DNA of 42,002 nucleotides from a virus (Duplodnaviria; Heunggongvirae; Uroviricota; Caudoviricetes): IMG/VR virus record IMGVR_UViG_2563366918_000005; one strand, 5' to 3'. Shown piece by piece: positions 17,370 to 27,055 of this stretch (position 1 is its first letter; each line of letters starts with the position of its first letter). The notes under the pieces were generated by a model. It saw only the letters and a program-made list of their open reading frames with translations, ran no database searches and was not told where the DNA came from. The position numbers and the translations under genes were made by a program.

Positions 17370-19840
17370 CAGAATCCCCCAACAGTAAGACGAGGAATAA
17401 CGGCAAGAACAGACAGCGGCAACGGATCGAGCTGACGGATTTTTACACGTCCGTTTTTGCCCCAGTTACTGTCCAGTTTCACTTCTACTTTTCCGGTAGC
17501 GTCATCAACAGGATCATCGTAGAACTCGAATTCACGCTGTGGATATTCGTACCATTTACCGCCGGGCGTAGTCGCCCAGATGCCGCGACTGGCATTCACA
17601 ACAAGAGTAACGGACGGGATCACCTGTTTTTTGTCCAGCAGCGTTTCCTGTCCGTTAATGTTGATATCCAGTGTTTCGAATTCAGCAGTTATTGGCAGGC
17701 CGATGTGCACAACAGCCCCAGGTGATTCCAGCGTGACGGCACCTCCGGAAACCACTTTCTGTGGTTCCACGTTCGCATCAGAGAGAATGTTTACGGTCTG
17801 GCCTTCAAGATGAGACAGGCCTCCAAATGTCCGGCGCGCCATCTGCCAGTTCGTGGTAGCCACATTCCTGAGGGATGGCGGGACGTTCCTGTTAGCACGA
17901 ACCACTACAGCGGTATTGCTGGTTACAGAAATGATGTCGCAACGTAATTCTTTTGACACTTCATCGCCAGTATCAGGATCAGTTCCGGTATAAGGGAACT
18001 GTAGTTGAGCACCGGCATCACTACTGGTGAAGTACGCACCACCAGAAACACTGATTGTATATTCCGCGCGGTAATCCCATTCGCCAGAACCACCAGTGAT
18101 GATCATCGTTCTGTCAGACGTATTTCTTCCATCATAGCTAAGGCCAGAATCAACAAAGAAAGCATCTTCATCGCTGGTAAATAAACGGCTGGACAGTCGC
18201 TCGATGTATCTCACTGTTTGCCCGTTAACGGTTCGGTTAACGACGAAATACACCGCATCTTCATTGCCTTCGCTGATACTGCATGTGCTTTCATATTTTC
18301 CGGTACTGGATTGTGGTGCCCATGCAAAAACCTGCTGATCACGCAAATAGGTCATCACCAGTAATTTACCGTCATCACGAATGCAGAATGCGCTGGAGTA
18401 AGGAACAATCGAGAAGCACCAGTCAACAATGCTGTGCTTCTGAAAAAGATGATTGGCAAGGATGGTCAGGTCGTTCCCCTGATAGCCGTCAACATCGAAT
18501 GAGTAGGCCAGATCACGGACAACACTGCCTTTCTCTTGGACGAACAGAGCAATATTCGCTACGGCAATTGGTGGGACATTACTCGAGCCATTTGATCCCT
18601 GAGAGCTGAATGCAAATGATGATGGGGTTAACACTTTGTTCTGGTCGCCGGTGATGACGTACTCACCTCCGGAAGTCAGCGCCACCAGAGAACCAACATC
18701 AATCAGGTGACGGATCTCATTAACCTGACGCCCGGCATAGGTGTAGATAATTCTGTCGTCATCCTGCGTAGGATTGCTTTTGCCAAAATCCTTATAATCC
18801 CCGGTACGGCTGGCCCAGATAGTCTGAGGGAACGCAGTCGATGCGGCGAAGTAAAGACGTTGTTGATAATAAACAACAGTGCCAGGATAACCATTAACAC
18901 TGTTCCAGGCATATTTAGCCCATTTATAGCTGGCATTATCCTCGCCCACGACCTGCGAAGGGATATAGGAAATCACCTCGGCAGTTGCAGTAGTTCCATT
19001 TGCAGCAGTGATACGGGCAATGCCAAAACCACTGTGCAGATATTCCCACTCAATGCCAGTATCATCATCACCGGATCCGCCCCAGCCATCCCATGATGTG
19101 CCTTCTGTATGCGAAGGGCGCAAAGTACCTGTTTTGCCTGCTGTAACGGCGCGATAGTAGTTACTGTCTGCACGGCGAATATCGCCAATCGACGTACTCT
19201 TACTGGTTTCCCATACCGGCACAGAATCCACTGCAGGCTGTTCCAGATAGAACAATTTGCCTGCCTGCTCCGCGCCAAAAATAGAGGCGCTTGCCGTTAA
19301 CGTAATTGTCCCGGTGCTGGCGCTGGCATAAACCGTCACTGACTCATCAATATTGATATCTTCAAATGGCCCGTTCTTCGTTACCACATCAACCAGTTGC
19401 CAGTTGTCATGCGCATAGCGGCGCAGCTCTTTCGGCGGGTATGCCGGGTGAACCAGCGTAAGCACGTCGGCGCTTTGCGTGAATTTAATTCGGAACAGAT
19501 CGGCTTCAGTATATGGCGTGGCAATTTCATAAATAACATTGCTGCTGTTCAGCACCAACGCACCATCTTTGATAACGCGCATGTACTGGTGTCCGAACTC
19601 CAGAGCATAGGTCTGAACCGTCGAGAACTGGAACGGGATCAGGCGGCATTTCCGATTTGGGTATTTGGCGGCACCGACAAAACGCGTACCAGGTCGATTC
19701 TCAACGCCGCCATACTGCCGCACGATAAAGTTATCGCACTTGCGCAATGCCACCTGGTACTTCGCCATGTCGATACGACCGTACAACGACGGTCCAATCT
19801 CACCACCGGCAAAGCTGGGCTGGATCCAACTGATAGCCAT
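17369..19840 (-). CDS. Tail tube/nozzle protein (T7 tail tubular protein B-like position)
   Basis: 823 aa, directly downstream of the adaptor-like gene. Confidence 0.45.
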   Translation of the reverse strand: MAISWIQPSFAGGEIGPSLYGRIDMAKYQVALRKCDNFIVRQYGGVENRPGTRFVGAAKYPNRKCRLIPFQFSTVQTYALEFGHQYMRVIKDGALVLNSSNVIYEIATPYTEADLFRIKFTQSADVLTLVHPAYPPKELRRYAHDNWQLVDVVTKNGPFEDINIDESVTVYASASTGTITLTASASIFGAEQAGKLFYLEQPAVDSVPVWETSKSTSIGDIRRADSNYYRAVTAGKTGTLRPSHTEGTSWDGWGGSGDDDTGIEWEYLHSGFGIARITAANGTTATAEVISYIPSQVVGEDNASYKWAKYAWNSVNGYPGTVVYYQQRLYFAASTAFPQTIWASRTGDYKDFGKSNPTQDDDRIIYTYAGRQVNEIRHLIDVGSLVALTSGGEYVITGDQNKVLTPSSFAFSSQGSNGSSNVPPIAVANIALFVQEKGSVVRDLAYSFDVDGYQGNDLTILANHLFQKHSIVDWCFSIVPYSSAFCIRDDGKLLVMTYLRDQQVFAWAPQSSTGKYESTCSISEGNEDAVYFVVNRTVNGQTVRYIERLSSRLFTSDEDAFFVDSGLSYDGRNTSDRTMIITGGSGEWDYRAEYTISVSGGAYFTSSDAGAQLQFPYTGTDPDTGDEVSKELRCDIISVTSNTAVVVRANRNVPPSLRNVATTNWQMARRTFGGLSHLEGQTVNILSDANVEPQKVVSGGAVTLESPGAVVHIGLPITAEFETLDININGQETLLDKKQVIPSVTLVVNASRGIWATTPGGKWYEYPQREFEFYDDPVDDATGKVEVKLDSNWGKNGRVKIRQLDPLPLSVLAVIPRLTVGGF

Positions 19841-20448
19841 CAGGACAACCTCGCAATGGTAAACTCGTCAACCGGTGGCTGTGGTTCCTGTGATTCATTC
19901 TGGCTATGCGAGCCAGCACTAAGAATCACGCGATTGTACATATTGAGGGCAAACGTACCGAGGTCTGCATTCCCAGTCAGCGCCATGTTAATAGCTGCCG
20001 CAAGACGCCAGGCCAACGCCTCCATAAAAATGGCATCAAACATGTTCACATCTGAAACGCGAGAGACATACTTGAGCCATGCCTGAGGCTGGTCTGTGTA
20101 GATCAACTTTCCTGTTCCGTTGGTGTCTGCACCAACTTCGTACTGAACGCGCATTGATGCTGTTGGATTGCGTACACCAGGAAGCATAATTTCAGTAATG
20201 CGCAGACAATCTGACGGGTACTGGTACGCATATTCCCAGTCAGGCGGTGGATTGCTCGTATCTGCAAGCGCCACGCGTTTGGTAGCAAAGTTCCAGTCAA
20301 AATCAGAAAGCACAGCATCACGGCAGGCCTCAAAGTGCAGCGAACATTCCCCCGCTTCCTTGCTGGCTTCCGTCAGGCTGTTAATGCTGCGGCTGTTGCC
20401 AATATTGGACAGCGCACGATTGCAGATCTCTACTACAGAGGCCATCAC
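19840..20448 (-). CDS. Tail adaptor (T7 tail tubular protein A-like)
   Basis: 202 aa; N-terminus …ICNRALSNIGNSRSINSL… loosely resembles the T7 gp11 N-terminus as remembered. Confidence 0.4.
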   Translation of the reverse strand: MMASVVEICNRALSNIGNSRSINSLTEASKEAGECSLHFEACRDAVLSDFDWNFATKRVALADTSNPPPDWEYAYQYPSDCLRITEIMLPGVRNPTASMRVQYEVGADTNGTGKLIYTDQPQAWLKYVSRVSDVNMFDAIFMEALAWRLAAAINMALTGNADLGTFALNMYNRVILSAGSHSQNESQEPQPPVDEFTIARLS

Positions 20449-20774
20449 TCACCTCCGTTACCGTACAGAGTTTCAGCCGCTGATTTTTCTACATCCCCGG
20501 AAACAGGAGCGATCGCCATATCAGTGATCTGCAGATCGGCGCTGCGATTAACGCCATCGTCAGTTTCTCTGGCAGACAGGCCTCGAATAACAGCCTTTGC
20601 AGTTATCATCACTTCTGTTCCGACGCCCTGAGGTTGCGCCTTCAGCTTATTCAATGTGTCGTTATTCAGCGTGATGCACAGCCCCCACGGGTATTCATCG
20701 CGAGTTCTGGTTTCTCCGCTCTCATCCTGGTAGCTGTCAGTGCCGGTTTTGAGGTTTACGAGTTCCATATACAC
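20445..20774 (-). CDS. Hypothetical head/neck protein
   Basis: 109 aa; first gene after the internal terminator. Confidence 0.45.
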   Translation of the reverse strand: MYMELVNLKTGTDSYQDESGETRTRDEYPWGLCITLNNDTLNKLKAQPQGVGTEVMITAKAVIRGLSARETDDGVNRSADLQITDMAIAPVSGDVEKSAAETLYGNGGE

Positions 20775-20780
20775 TCCTGC

Positions 20781-20802
20781 AATAAAGGGGCCGAAGCCCC
20801 TT
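20781..20802 (-). terminator. Intra-operon terminator between head and tail genes
   Basis: Minus strand reads GGGGC-TTCG-GCCCC followed by TTTATT. Confidence 0.5.
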
Positions 20803-20818
20803 GTCTCATCCGCGAGGC

Positions 20819-21163
20819 TTACACGCCCAGTTCTTTACGCTTATCTGCGATCTTCTCGCGGAGCGTTTCTGCTTTGGCGTTATGGTGTGGCTTCTCGTTA
20901 AAGAGCAATTCGTACTCTTCACGGAGCTTATCCAGTTCACCATCATCTGACACATCGTTGATGATTTTGGTGCTGGTTGCTGCCATAGACACCTTTCCTG
21001 CTACCTTTGCTTTTGCCTGTCTGGCTGCATCGTTAACAGGTTCCAGTGCGCTACCAGGCTCACCTTCGTATTCGATTTCTGCCCCCTCCTGCCACAGTGT
21101 GTTATGGATATGAGAGAGGCGCAGAACGCGGTATCTTGGTTTCTCACCTGACATCGATATCAC
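20819..21163 (-). CDS. Hypothetical virion protein
   Basis: 114 aa, charged. Confidence 0.45.
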   Translation of the reverse strand: MISMSGEKPRYRVLRLSHIHNTLWQEGAEIEYEGEPGSALEPVNDAARQAKAKVAGKVSMAATSTKIINDVSDDGELDKLREEYELLFNEKPHHNAKAETLREKIADKRKELGV

Positions 21164-21164
21164 C

Positions 21165-21602
21165 TTAACCAGTTACTTTTGAGCGGATCGGGTACGGTGT
21201 ATTGGCATCAACATCCAGACTGATACCCGCAGTGAATTTGCCGGCCGTTAGTGGGCCAGTTGCGACGGAGTAGTTAACACGCAGATATCGCTGAACACCG
21301 GCAGGCACCTTTGCAGAAACAACTCGTTTACCTGCTTTCAGGGTAGCCTTTGCCAGTTCGCCACTATCATAAATAGTGGACCATGAGCTGTTATTCTCAC
21401 TCGTCTGCAACTGGATGTTTACAGTTGCCTCACCACTTGCCGTGGCGGCTTCGTTAACCAGCGCCCAAAACTCAAGCGGGTAACCCACGCCGATATCGCG
21501 ACGATTTCCATCAATTGGACCGAGATCGATTACGTCAGTAGAAGCCGCGGTATTCGTAACCGCCTGAGCTTCGGAGAACATCAACAGTTTGTCGGTGATC
21601 AT
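21165..21602 (-). CDS. Hypothetical virion protein (decoration candidate)
   Basis: 145 aa, directly downstream of the capsid gene. Confidence 0.45.
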   Translation of the reverse strand: MITDKLLMFSEAQAVTNTAASTDVIDLGPIDGNRRDIGVGYPLEFWALVNEAATASGEATVNIQLQTSENNSSWSTIYDSGELAKATLKAGKRVVSAKVPAGVQRYLRVNYSVATGPLTAGKFTAGISLDVDANTPYPIRSKVTG

Positions 21603-21653
21603 CTTCTTTCTCCATTAGTGGGTCTGTTACGACCAACAGGTTAATAACAGGCG

Positions 21654-22646
21654 TTACACCACGCGGGCTTCTGTTTCCAGAAGCGCATCAGTTTCACGGA
21701 TTGGTACACCACGGAATGAAGTCCACCACTCGCCTTCAGTCTCTTTTACGCTGATAGCCAGAGATGTTTTCTCCAGAGACTGCAGATCAAGAGCCTGGCC
21801 TACAGTGCGGTTCATGTAGAACACCGGGCGGCCCATGCCACGGTTTGGAATGCGATGCAGTGCTTTAACCATCAACTTCGCAATATTTGCGGCAGAGGAA
21901 GGTTCTGAAAGATTGCTGACATCGATGTTTGCAATGCGAACAACATAACGCCAGTCACGCAGAGCAAGTCCGTTGTCCCATTTGTAATGGGTACGGTAGC
22001 CTTCGTACTTGCCGCCATTAACATCTTTCAGTGTCACCTGGCCTTTATCTTCCATCTGGATGCCAGCCTTCTGCCCTTTCGGGAAGATGCCATGCACGGT
22101 GTTTTCGCCCCACACCACTAACCAGATTGAGGTGTTATCTGTACCCGTGCCACCAGCATCAATGATGTTCTGAGCATTACCCGCAGACAGGCTGGAATAG
22201 CGGGAGGACAGTCCCATAAACTGCTGAGGGTTAACGCTGGAATCACCATAAAACAACGTCTGCGCCATCTGCTGATTCATCGCTTCAATAAATGCGCGGT
22301 CTTCAGACAGGCGGAATTCGGCGGTATTACCGTTCAGATCAGCCAGTGACTTATCGACTTCAGCATAGGTTTCCAGCATTCCAACGGAATCGGTGACCTG
22401 CACTGTGGTTGATTTGCTTGGCTGTACGCCATAGTTCAGCAAACGCCAGGTGGCCGAAGGTAAACCAGAACGAATGGTGGTTCGGTGTCCGGTAGGAAGG
22501 TTCCCTTCGACAAAAGGCATATCCTGAAGGATCGGGTTAGTTTGACCGAGAAGCTCGATAATCTTATCGACTTTCCCGTTTGGATCGACGCGCTTACCCC
22601 AGTCAGCCAGCGTTAGCGCAGTTAAGCCTTTAACAGACATTGTCAT
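21654..22646 (-). CDS. Major capsid protein
   Basis: 330 aa; position after scaffold gene; RBS AGAGGAA upstream; alternative start at 22640. Confidence 0.6.
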   Translation of the reverse strand: MTMSVKGLTALTLADWGKRVDPNGKVDKIIELLGQTNPILQDMPFVEGNLPTGHRTTIRSGLPSATWRLLNYGVQPSKSTTVQVTDSVGMLETYAEVDKSLADLNGNTAEFRLSEDRAFIEAMNQQMAQTLFYGDSSVNPQQFMGLSSRYSSLSAGNAQNIIDAGGTGTDNTSIWLVVWGENTVHGIFPKGQKAGIQMEDKGQVTLKDVNGGKYEGYRTHYKWDNGLALRDWRYVVRIANIDVSNLSEPSSAANIAKLMVKALHRIPNRGMGRPVFYMNRTVGQALDLQSLEKTSLAISVKETEGEWWTSFRGVPIRETDALLETEARVV

Positions 22647-22654
22647 TTCCTCTC

Positions 22655-23356
22655 TTATTTGCCATAGAGCACTTCGGCCGCACTACGCTGGCCTTCATTA
22701 CCACCGGTGACCATGCCATCTTCAGACATCGCCTTTCCGATTTTCACGAACGTTTTGACCAGATCAGGGTGATTACCCAGCCCGGTGGTGTTCAGATATT
22801 CTTTGAGCTCAGGTGTCCCGAACTGGTCAAGCGCACGCTGTGCGGCGCTAAGGTTAGAAATCAACTTGTCGCCACCGATTTCTTTGTCAGCTTTTACATC
22901 CGCAGCCCACTGCTCGGTTGTTTTCTGCCAGGCTTCTGCCTGGCGCTGCTGAACACCTGCCAGAATCTTCGGATAAGCATCAACCAGCTTTTGCGCTTGC
23001 TCGTTGGTCAGGTTAAGTTCTCGCGCCACAGGCTCGAATTCCTTCAACGCTTCTGTATCCAGCTCTACGCCTTCGGCAGCCTGAAACTCGTACTTCTCAG
23101 GCGCACCCTCTGGTTTATTGCCGTCCTTTTTTTCATCCTGCTTATCGTTTTCAGGCTTTTTGTCATCAGCAGGTTTATCGCCATCAGCAACAGGTTGTGG
23201 CTTATCACCTTCCTGTTGTGATGGATCACCAACTGGAGCAGGGTTATCACCTGCAGGCGCTGACGGTTCTGACGCAGCCGGAGCTGCTCCACCATCGACT
23301 GGTTGCTCATTGCAAAGACGGCGATACAGCAAACGCTCAAATAAATTCATGATCAC
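22655..23356 (-). CDS. Scaffolding protein
   Basis: 233 aa, acidic, Pro/Ala/Asp/Lys low-complexity N-half then helical C-half; sits between portal and capsid. Confidence 0.6.
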   Translation of the reverse strand: MIMNLFERLLYRRLCNEQPVDGGAAPAASEPSAPAGDNPAPVGDPSQQEGDKPQPVADGDKPADDKKPENDKQDEKKDGNKPEGAPEKYEFQAAEGVELDTEALKEFEPVARELNLTNEQAQKLVDAYPKILAGVQQRQAEAWQKTTEQWAADVKADKEIGGDKLISNLSAAQRALDQFGTPELKEYLNTTGLGNHPDLVKTFVKIGKAMSEDGMVTGGNEGQRSAAEVLYGK

Positions 23357-23649
23357 TCCTGTTCACTGGCCTCTTTGGCCATCTTCAAATACTGTTCAGG
23401 GCAATGCGCCATAACGCGCTGAAACAGTTCCAGCGCCAGATTGCGTTGCCCCTCATTAAACGCCATTGCCATAGCGTCCATCGGTGAGATAGCGGAAAAC
23501 ACACGGCCTTTCTCCAGCACCGACCAGACAACGCGACGCCCCTGTTCACTGCTCATGACAAAGCGAATGTCATCAATTTCACGCTGCGCCATGTCACGTT
23601 GCTTACGGGCGTTTTCTTCTTTCAGTTGATCGTCTTCGTAATCTGTCAT
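23353..23649 (-). CDS. Hypothetical protein
   Basis: 98 aa, charged; coupled between portal and scaffold genes. Confidence 0.45.
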   Translation of the reverse strand: MTDYEDDQLKEENARKQRDMAQREIDDIRFVMSSEQGRRVVWSVLEKGRVFSAISPMDAMAMAFNEGQRNLALELFQRVMAHCPEQYLKMAKEASEQE

Positions 23650-25325
23650 TGTGATTGCCCACCCTGACCACTAACTGCATTCGCCATAGCTGACAACACA
23701 CTCGGATCCGAAGTTTTAGCTTCGCTTAGCGTCTTGGCACCCTGTGCCGCAGCCATCCCCATCGCCATCATTTGTTGCTGCTGTTGCTGCTGTGCCCGTT
23801 GCTGGCGAGCCTGCTCAACCTGTTCCTGCGGAACAATGACGGTTGGAGACACTCCAGACATATCAGCGAATGCATCGATTGCCTGATCAACGTTGAGTTT
23901 GTCGAGAGCTTCTGGTTTCGCTTGCGCAAGTTGACCAATGAAGTTGACCGTAGACGCCAGACTGGACAGGCCGATAGACTTCTGCGCCTGAGCCATGACG
24001 GAAATGTATTCGACCTTCAGGGGCATACCTTCCATCGCGTCAGGCGGGGGCGGCAGCATGTTTTTACGCACCATCATCGAGAAAGAGCGGTCAATGAGAG
24101 GATTAAGACATTCGTCGTTCAGACGCTCCAGAACCGGCCCCAACATCAGAAGTTTTTCTTCTTTCATTTCGATCACCGCTTCAACAGGCATCGAGCGGGT
24201 ATTGATGTTCTGCAACATCATGAACAGATCGACAAAGTAGGCGCTGTTAATGATTTGACGAGTGTCCTGAATGTCTGCCACCAAATCTGCTGTACTGGGG
24301 TTAACCAGATAAGCAGGCCTGAAGCCATCCTGACCAGTAATCTGATCGATATACGTGATGTCGCCAGGAAGAAGGGAGGCGCGCTGATTCTTGAGGGAAG
24401 TCGGAGCAACCATCGGCGGATTGGTGGCTTTATCAATCAACTGCGACTTGCGCTTCTGGAGAAGCTGCAATGCCTTAACAGATCCAAGCGCCAGCATACC
24501 CGGGCATGATGATCCATAAACATCTTCGCCGTTAACTTCCCAGCGCGGAGCCATAATTGGAAACTCATCGAATCCGGACTCACGCAACAACTTGTCGTTA
24601 TCGCCACCAACCTCGTAATAAACCGATTTGAATGGCTTGTTCTTGCTATCCAGCTTCGATGTATCGCGGTCAATGTTCGGGTAAACCGAATGCATCACTT
24701 CAATCCACTTCTCGTAGGTGCCGCTTTCCCACATGCTTTTTACGGATTCGCTGACGTTATTTAGCCCGAACTCCTGAACAAGCTGACGAACAGTCATAGA
24801 GAACTTGCGAAAACAGGTGTCCACACTGCCACGAGGTGAGTTAGCCAGGTAGTAACTGCCTATCGGGAATGGCATTGTGCGAATGATGTCCTCGTCATCC
24901 TCCAGCACTGCCATTGCACCAGTGCTGTATGTGCCGAGGCTTCCGTATAACTGCGGCAGCGACTGATAGAGATTCGACTTATTGAACATATCGTTCATGC
25001 GGTTCTGCACCGCCTCAAGCCACAACTTAACAGGGCCATAATCCATCATTTCAGGATCTGGCGTAGCCAGGCGAAACCACGGACGCGCGGGGCTTGTGAT
25101 GCCTGACATCATGCCGCTGGCGAGAGTGCGCGCCGCCATAGTCCCGGTCGAATCAATAATGCGTGTATTGCGTCGATCGTTACGGTTGACCTCAGAAGTC
25201 AGAAAGCGGGAACCACGTGGGTTGATGTAATCACTCAACTCGCGCCAGTGCGGCTCGAACGACTGACGCTCGCTTTCAAGTTGTGCGAACTGTTTGTTCA
25301 ATCGCTCTTTAGTTGTTTCCGCCAT
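23646..25325 (-). CDS. Portal protein (podovirus head-to-tail connector type)
   Basis: 559 aa; RBS GGAG 8 nt before ATG 25325; poly-Gln tract near C-terminus. Confidence 0.7.
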   Translation of the reverse strand: MAETTKERLNKQFAQLESERQSFEPHWRELSDYINPRGSRFLTSEVNRNDRRNTRIIDSTGTMAARTLASGMMSGITSPARPWFRLATPDPEMMDYGPVKLWLEAVQNRMNDMFNKSNLYQSLPQLYGSLGTYSTGAMAVLEDDEDIIRTMPFPIGSYYLANSPRGSVDTCFRKFSMTVRQLVQEFGLNNVSESVKSMWESGTYEKWIEVMHSVYPNIDRDTSKLDSKNKPFKSVYYEVGGDNDKLLRESGFDEFPIMAPRWEVNGEDVYGSSCPGMLALGSVKALQLLQKRKSQLIDKATNPPMVAPTSLKNQRASLLPGDITYIDQITGQDGFRPAYLVNPSTADLVADIQDTRQIINSAYFVDLFMMLQNINTRSMPVEAVIEMKEEKLLMLGPVLERLNDECLNPLIDRSFSMMVRKNMLPPPPDAMEGMPLKVEYISVMAQAQKSIGLSSLASTVNFIGQLAQAKPEALDKLNVDQAIDAFADMSGVSPTVIVPQEQVEQARQQRAQQQQQQQMMAMGMAAAQGAKTLSEAKTSDPSVLSAMANAVSGQGGQSQ

Positions 25326-25339
25326 TTCAATGACTCCGG

Positions 25340-25546
25340 TTACTGACCAAGCAGCGTTTTACCGCTGGTATTAGCGGTTGATGTGTCGCCCTGAGAACCG
25401 GTAAGCAGCGTAGAACTACGACCAGCAGCAGCGCGACGGCGACGAGTTTCTTCGTCGCGGGCATCAACAACGGCGGCATCCTGCTCCTGTGGTGCTGCCT
25501 GAACTTCTGGTGTTGCAGGCACTGATGGTGAGCTACCCATGCACAT
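25340..25546 (-). CDS. Hypothetical small protein upstream of portal
   Basis: 68 aa; RBS GGAG 8 nt before ATG 25546. Confidence 0.4.
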   Translation of the reverse strand: MCMGSSPSVPATPEVQAAPQEQDAAVVDARDEETRRRRAAAGRSSTLLTGSQGDTSTANTSGKTLLGQ

Positions 25547-25614
25547 ATCAATGACTCCGTACGCAATTAAATTATTACCAATTTAACCACATATGATTTA
25601 TTTATCGTAGATAG

Positions 25615-25652
25615 TTGACATTTAACGCACAAATTATTACCTTTCAGGTAAG
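25615..25652 (+). promoter_or_regulatory. Putative rightward promoter (TTGACA) with overlapping operator ATTACCTTTCAGGTAAG
   Basis: -35 TTGACA at 25615-25620; operator at 25636-25652 overlaps the -10 region. Confidence 0.4.
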
Positions 25653-25973
25653 CAAAGAGTTCATTCCGGTTATTAACCTGACTGGCTTGTCGTTAAATTG
25701 AACAGGTGGAGTGAGCTTTTATTTTGAGCAGTACGGCGTATGGCACATGCGCCGATAGCGGTCTGGATACGTTTAAGGGGCACCCTCCCTTGCTCGGGCA
25801 AACGAACCAGGTAGCCGGAATGTGCAAGTCGAGCGGTTTTATTCCGCGCACGGGGATTCACCATCCCGGCGATTCGGTGTGACGCCTCGGAAGAGACGAG
25901 GGTACAACGATGAGAGCATTTATGGAGCCGCGACAAAGTGTGGCGCCTTAACAGGCTAAGTGCTCTCAGCGTT

Positions 25974-26050
25974 GTGGCATTAGCTCAGTTGGACAGAGCA
26001 ACCGCCTTCTAAGCGGTTGGTCGCAGGTTCGAATCCTGCATGCCACGCCA
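25974..26050 (+). tRNA. tRNA-Arg (anticodon UCU), phage-borne, argU-like
   Basis: Full cloverleaf read by hand: acceptor GTGGCAT/ATGCCAC, D-arm GCTC…GAGC, anticodon arm ACCGC-CTTCTAA-GCGGT, T-arm GCAGG-TTCGAAT-CCTGC, discriminator G plus CCA. Confidence 0.9.
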
Positions 26051-26093
26051 GAATCACGCCTAAGGACCGTGATGCCAGAAGTTCCAGGTGCTT

Positions 26094-26136
26094 GGCGGTG
26101 ATAGTTTCCCTTGAAGGACTATCACCGCCCTTTTTA
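26094..26136 (+). terminator. Rho-independent terminator after tRNA-Arg
   Basis: 12-bp stem GGCGGTGATAGT / ACTATCACCGCC followed by CTTTTT. Confidence 0.7.
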
Positions 26137-26213
26137 CAGCAGGACGCCATTGCGATGACTTCATGCTGTAAACCCGTGCAGCCACGGAAGGCATAACTCA
26201 TTGCTTCCAGTTC

Positions 26214-26237
26214 GCCCGGTTCGCCGGGCATTTTTTT
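26214..26237 (+). terminator. Second terminator
   Basis: GCCCGG-TTCG-CCGGGC followed by ATTTTTTT. Confidence 0.55.
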
Positions 26238-26252
26238 GCTTGATGACCGCAA

Positions 26253-26269
26253 ATTACCTTAAAGGTATA
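26253..26269. promoter_or_regulatory. Operator-like site ATTACCTTAAAGGTATA over the RBS/-10 of the accessory gene
   Basis: Left half perfect, right half GGTATA; ATG 26273 four nt downstream. Confidence 0.3.
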
Positions 26270-26527
26270 ATCATGAAAAACTTCAAGGTAATTAGCATGT
26301 TTGAATCGTTCAAAGAGCTGTTTTTATCTACTGCCAATACTGCCGTGAATCGAGCCAAAAACCCTGTGCTTGGTGCTTTTGTTATGTCCTGGTGCGCCTT
26401 CAACTGGAAATCAATTCTTTATCTATTTTTTAGCAAATCAAACATAATAGATAAAATTTCATATATCTCAGATAACAGCACATGGAAAACTGTTATGTTT
26501 TATCCATGCTTATCTGTAATTGCTATC

Positions 26528-26536
26528 TGCTGCCTA
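26528..26536. repeat. IS1 target-site duplication TGCTGCCTA (left copy)
   Basis: Identical 9-mer directly flanks both IS1 ends. Confidence 0.8.
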
Positions 26537-26551
26537 GGTAATGACTCCAAC

Positions 26552-27055
26552 TTACTGATAGTGTTTTATGTTCAGATAATGCCCGATGACCTTGTCATGC
26601 AGCTCCACCGATTTTGAGAACGACAGTGACTTCCGTCCCAGCCTTGCCAGATGTTGTCTCAGATTCAGGTTATGCCGCTCAATTCGCTGAGTGTAACGCT
26701 TGCTGATTACGTGCAGCTTTCCCTTCAGGCGGGATTCATACAGCGGCCAGCCATCCGTCATCCATACCACGACCTCAAAGGCCGACAGCAGGCTTAGAAG
26801 ACGCTCCAGTGTGGCCAGAGTGCGTTCACCGAATACGTGCGCAACAACCGTCTTCCGGAGCCTGTCATACGCGTAAAACAGCCAGCGCTGGCGCGATTTA
26901 GCCCCGACGTATCCCCACTGTTCGTCCATTTCCGCGCAGACGATGACGTCACTGCCCGGCTGTATGCGCGAGGTTACCGACTGCGGCCTGAGTTTTTTAA
27001 ATGGCGGAAAATCGTGTTGAGGCCAACGCCCATAATGCGGGCGGTTGCCCGGCAT
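26552..27055 (-). CDS. insB: IS1 InsB (expressed as InsAB' by -1 frameshift)
   Basis: Product …[37 protein letters not shown]… matches IS1 InsB; A6 slippery run at about 26990-27000 (minus strand). Confidence 0.85.
   Translation of the reverse strand: MPGNRPHYGRWPQHDFPPFKKLRPQSVTSRIQPGSDVIVCAEMDEQWGYVGAKSRQRWLFYAYDRLRKTVVAHVFGERTLATLERLLSLLSAFEVVVWMTDGWPLYESRLKGKLHVISKRYTQRIERHNLNLRQHLARLGRKSLSFSKSVELHDKVIGHYLNIKHYQ

Noticed and set aside
23760-23800. CAG/CAA-rich repeat as a tandem repeat or CRISPR-like element
   Set aside because: It is a poly-Gln codon run inside the portal gene; no repeat-spacer periodicity was seen anywhere in the window.
25673-25936. Minus-strand ORF (87 aa) in the tRNA upstream region
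   Set aside because: Arg-rich low-complexity product, no RBS or start context; the region is better explained as non-coding.
25974-26050. tRNA-Arg as the prophage integration site
   Set aside because: The integrase is 14 kb away at the far end; structural genes flank the tRNA on both sides; no duplicated tRNA 3' end was seen nearby.
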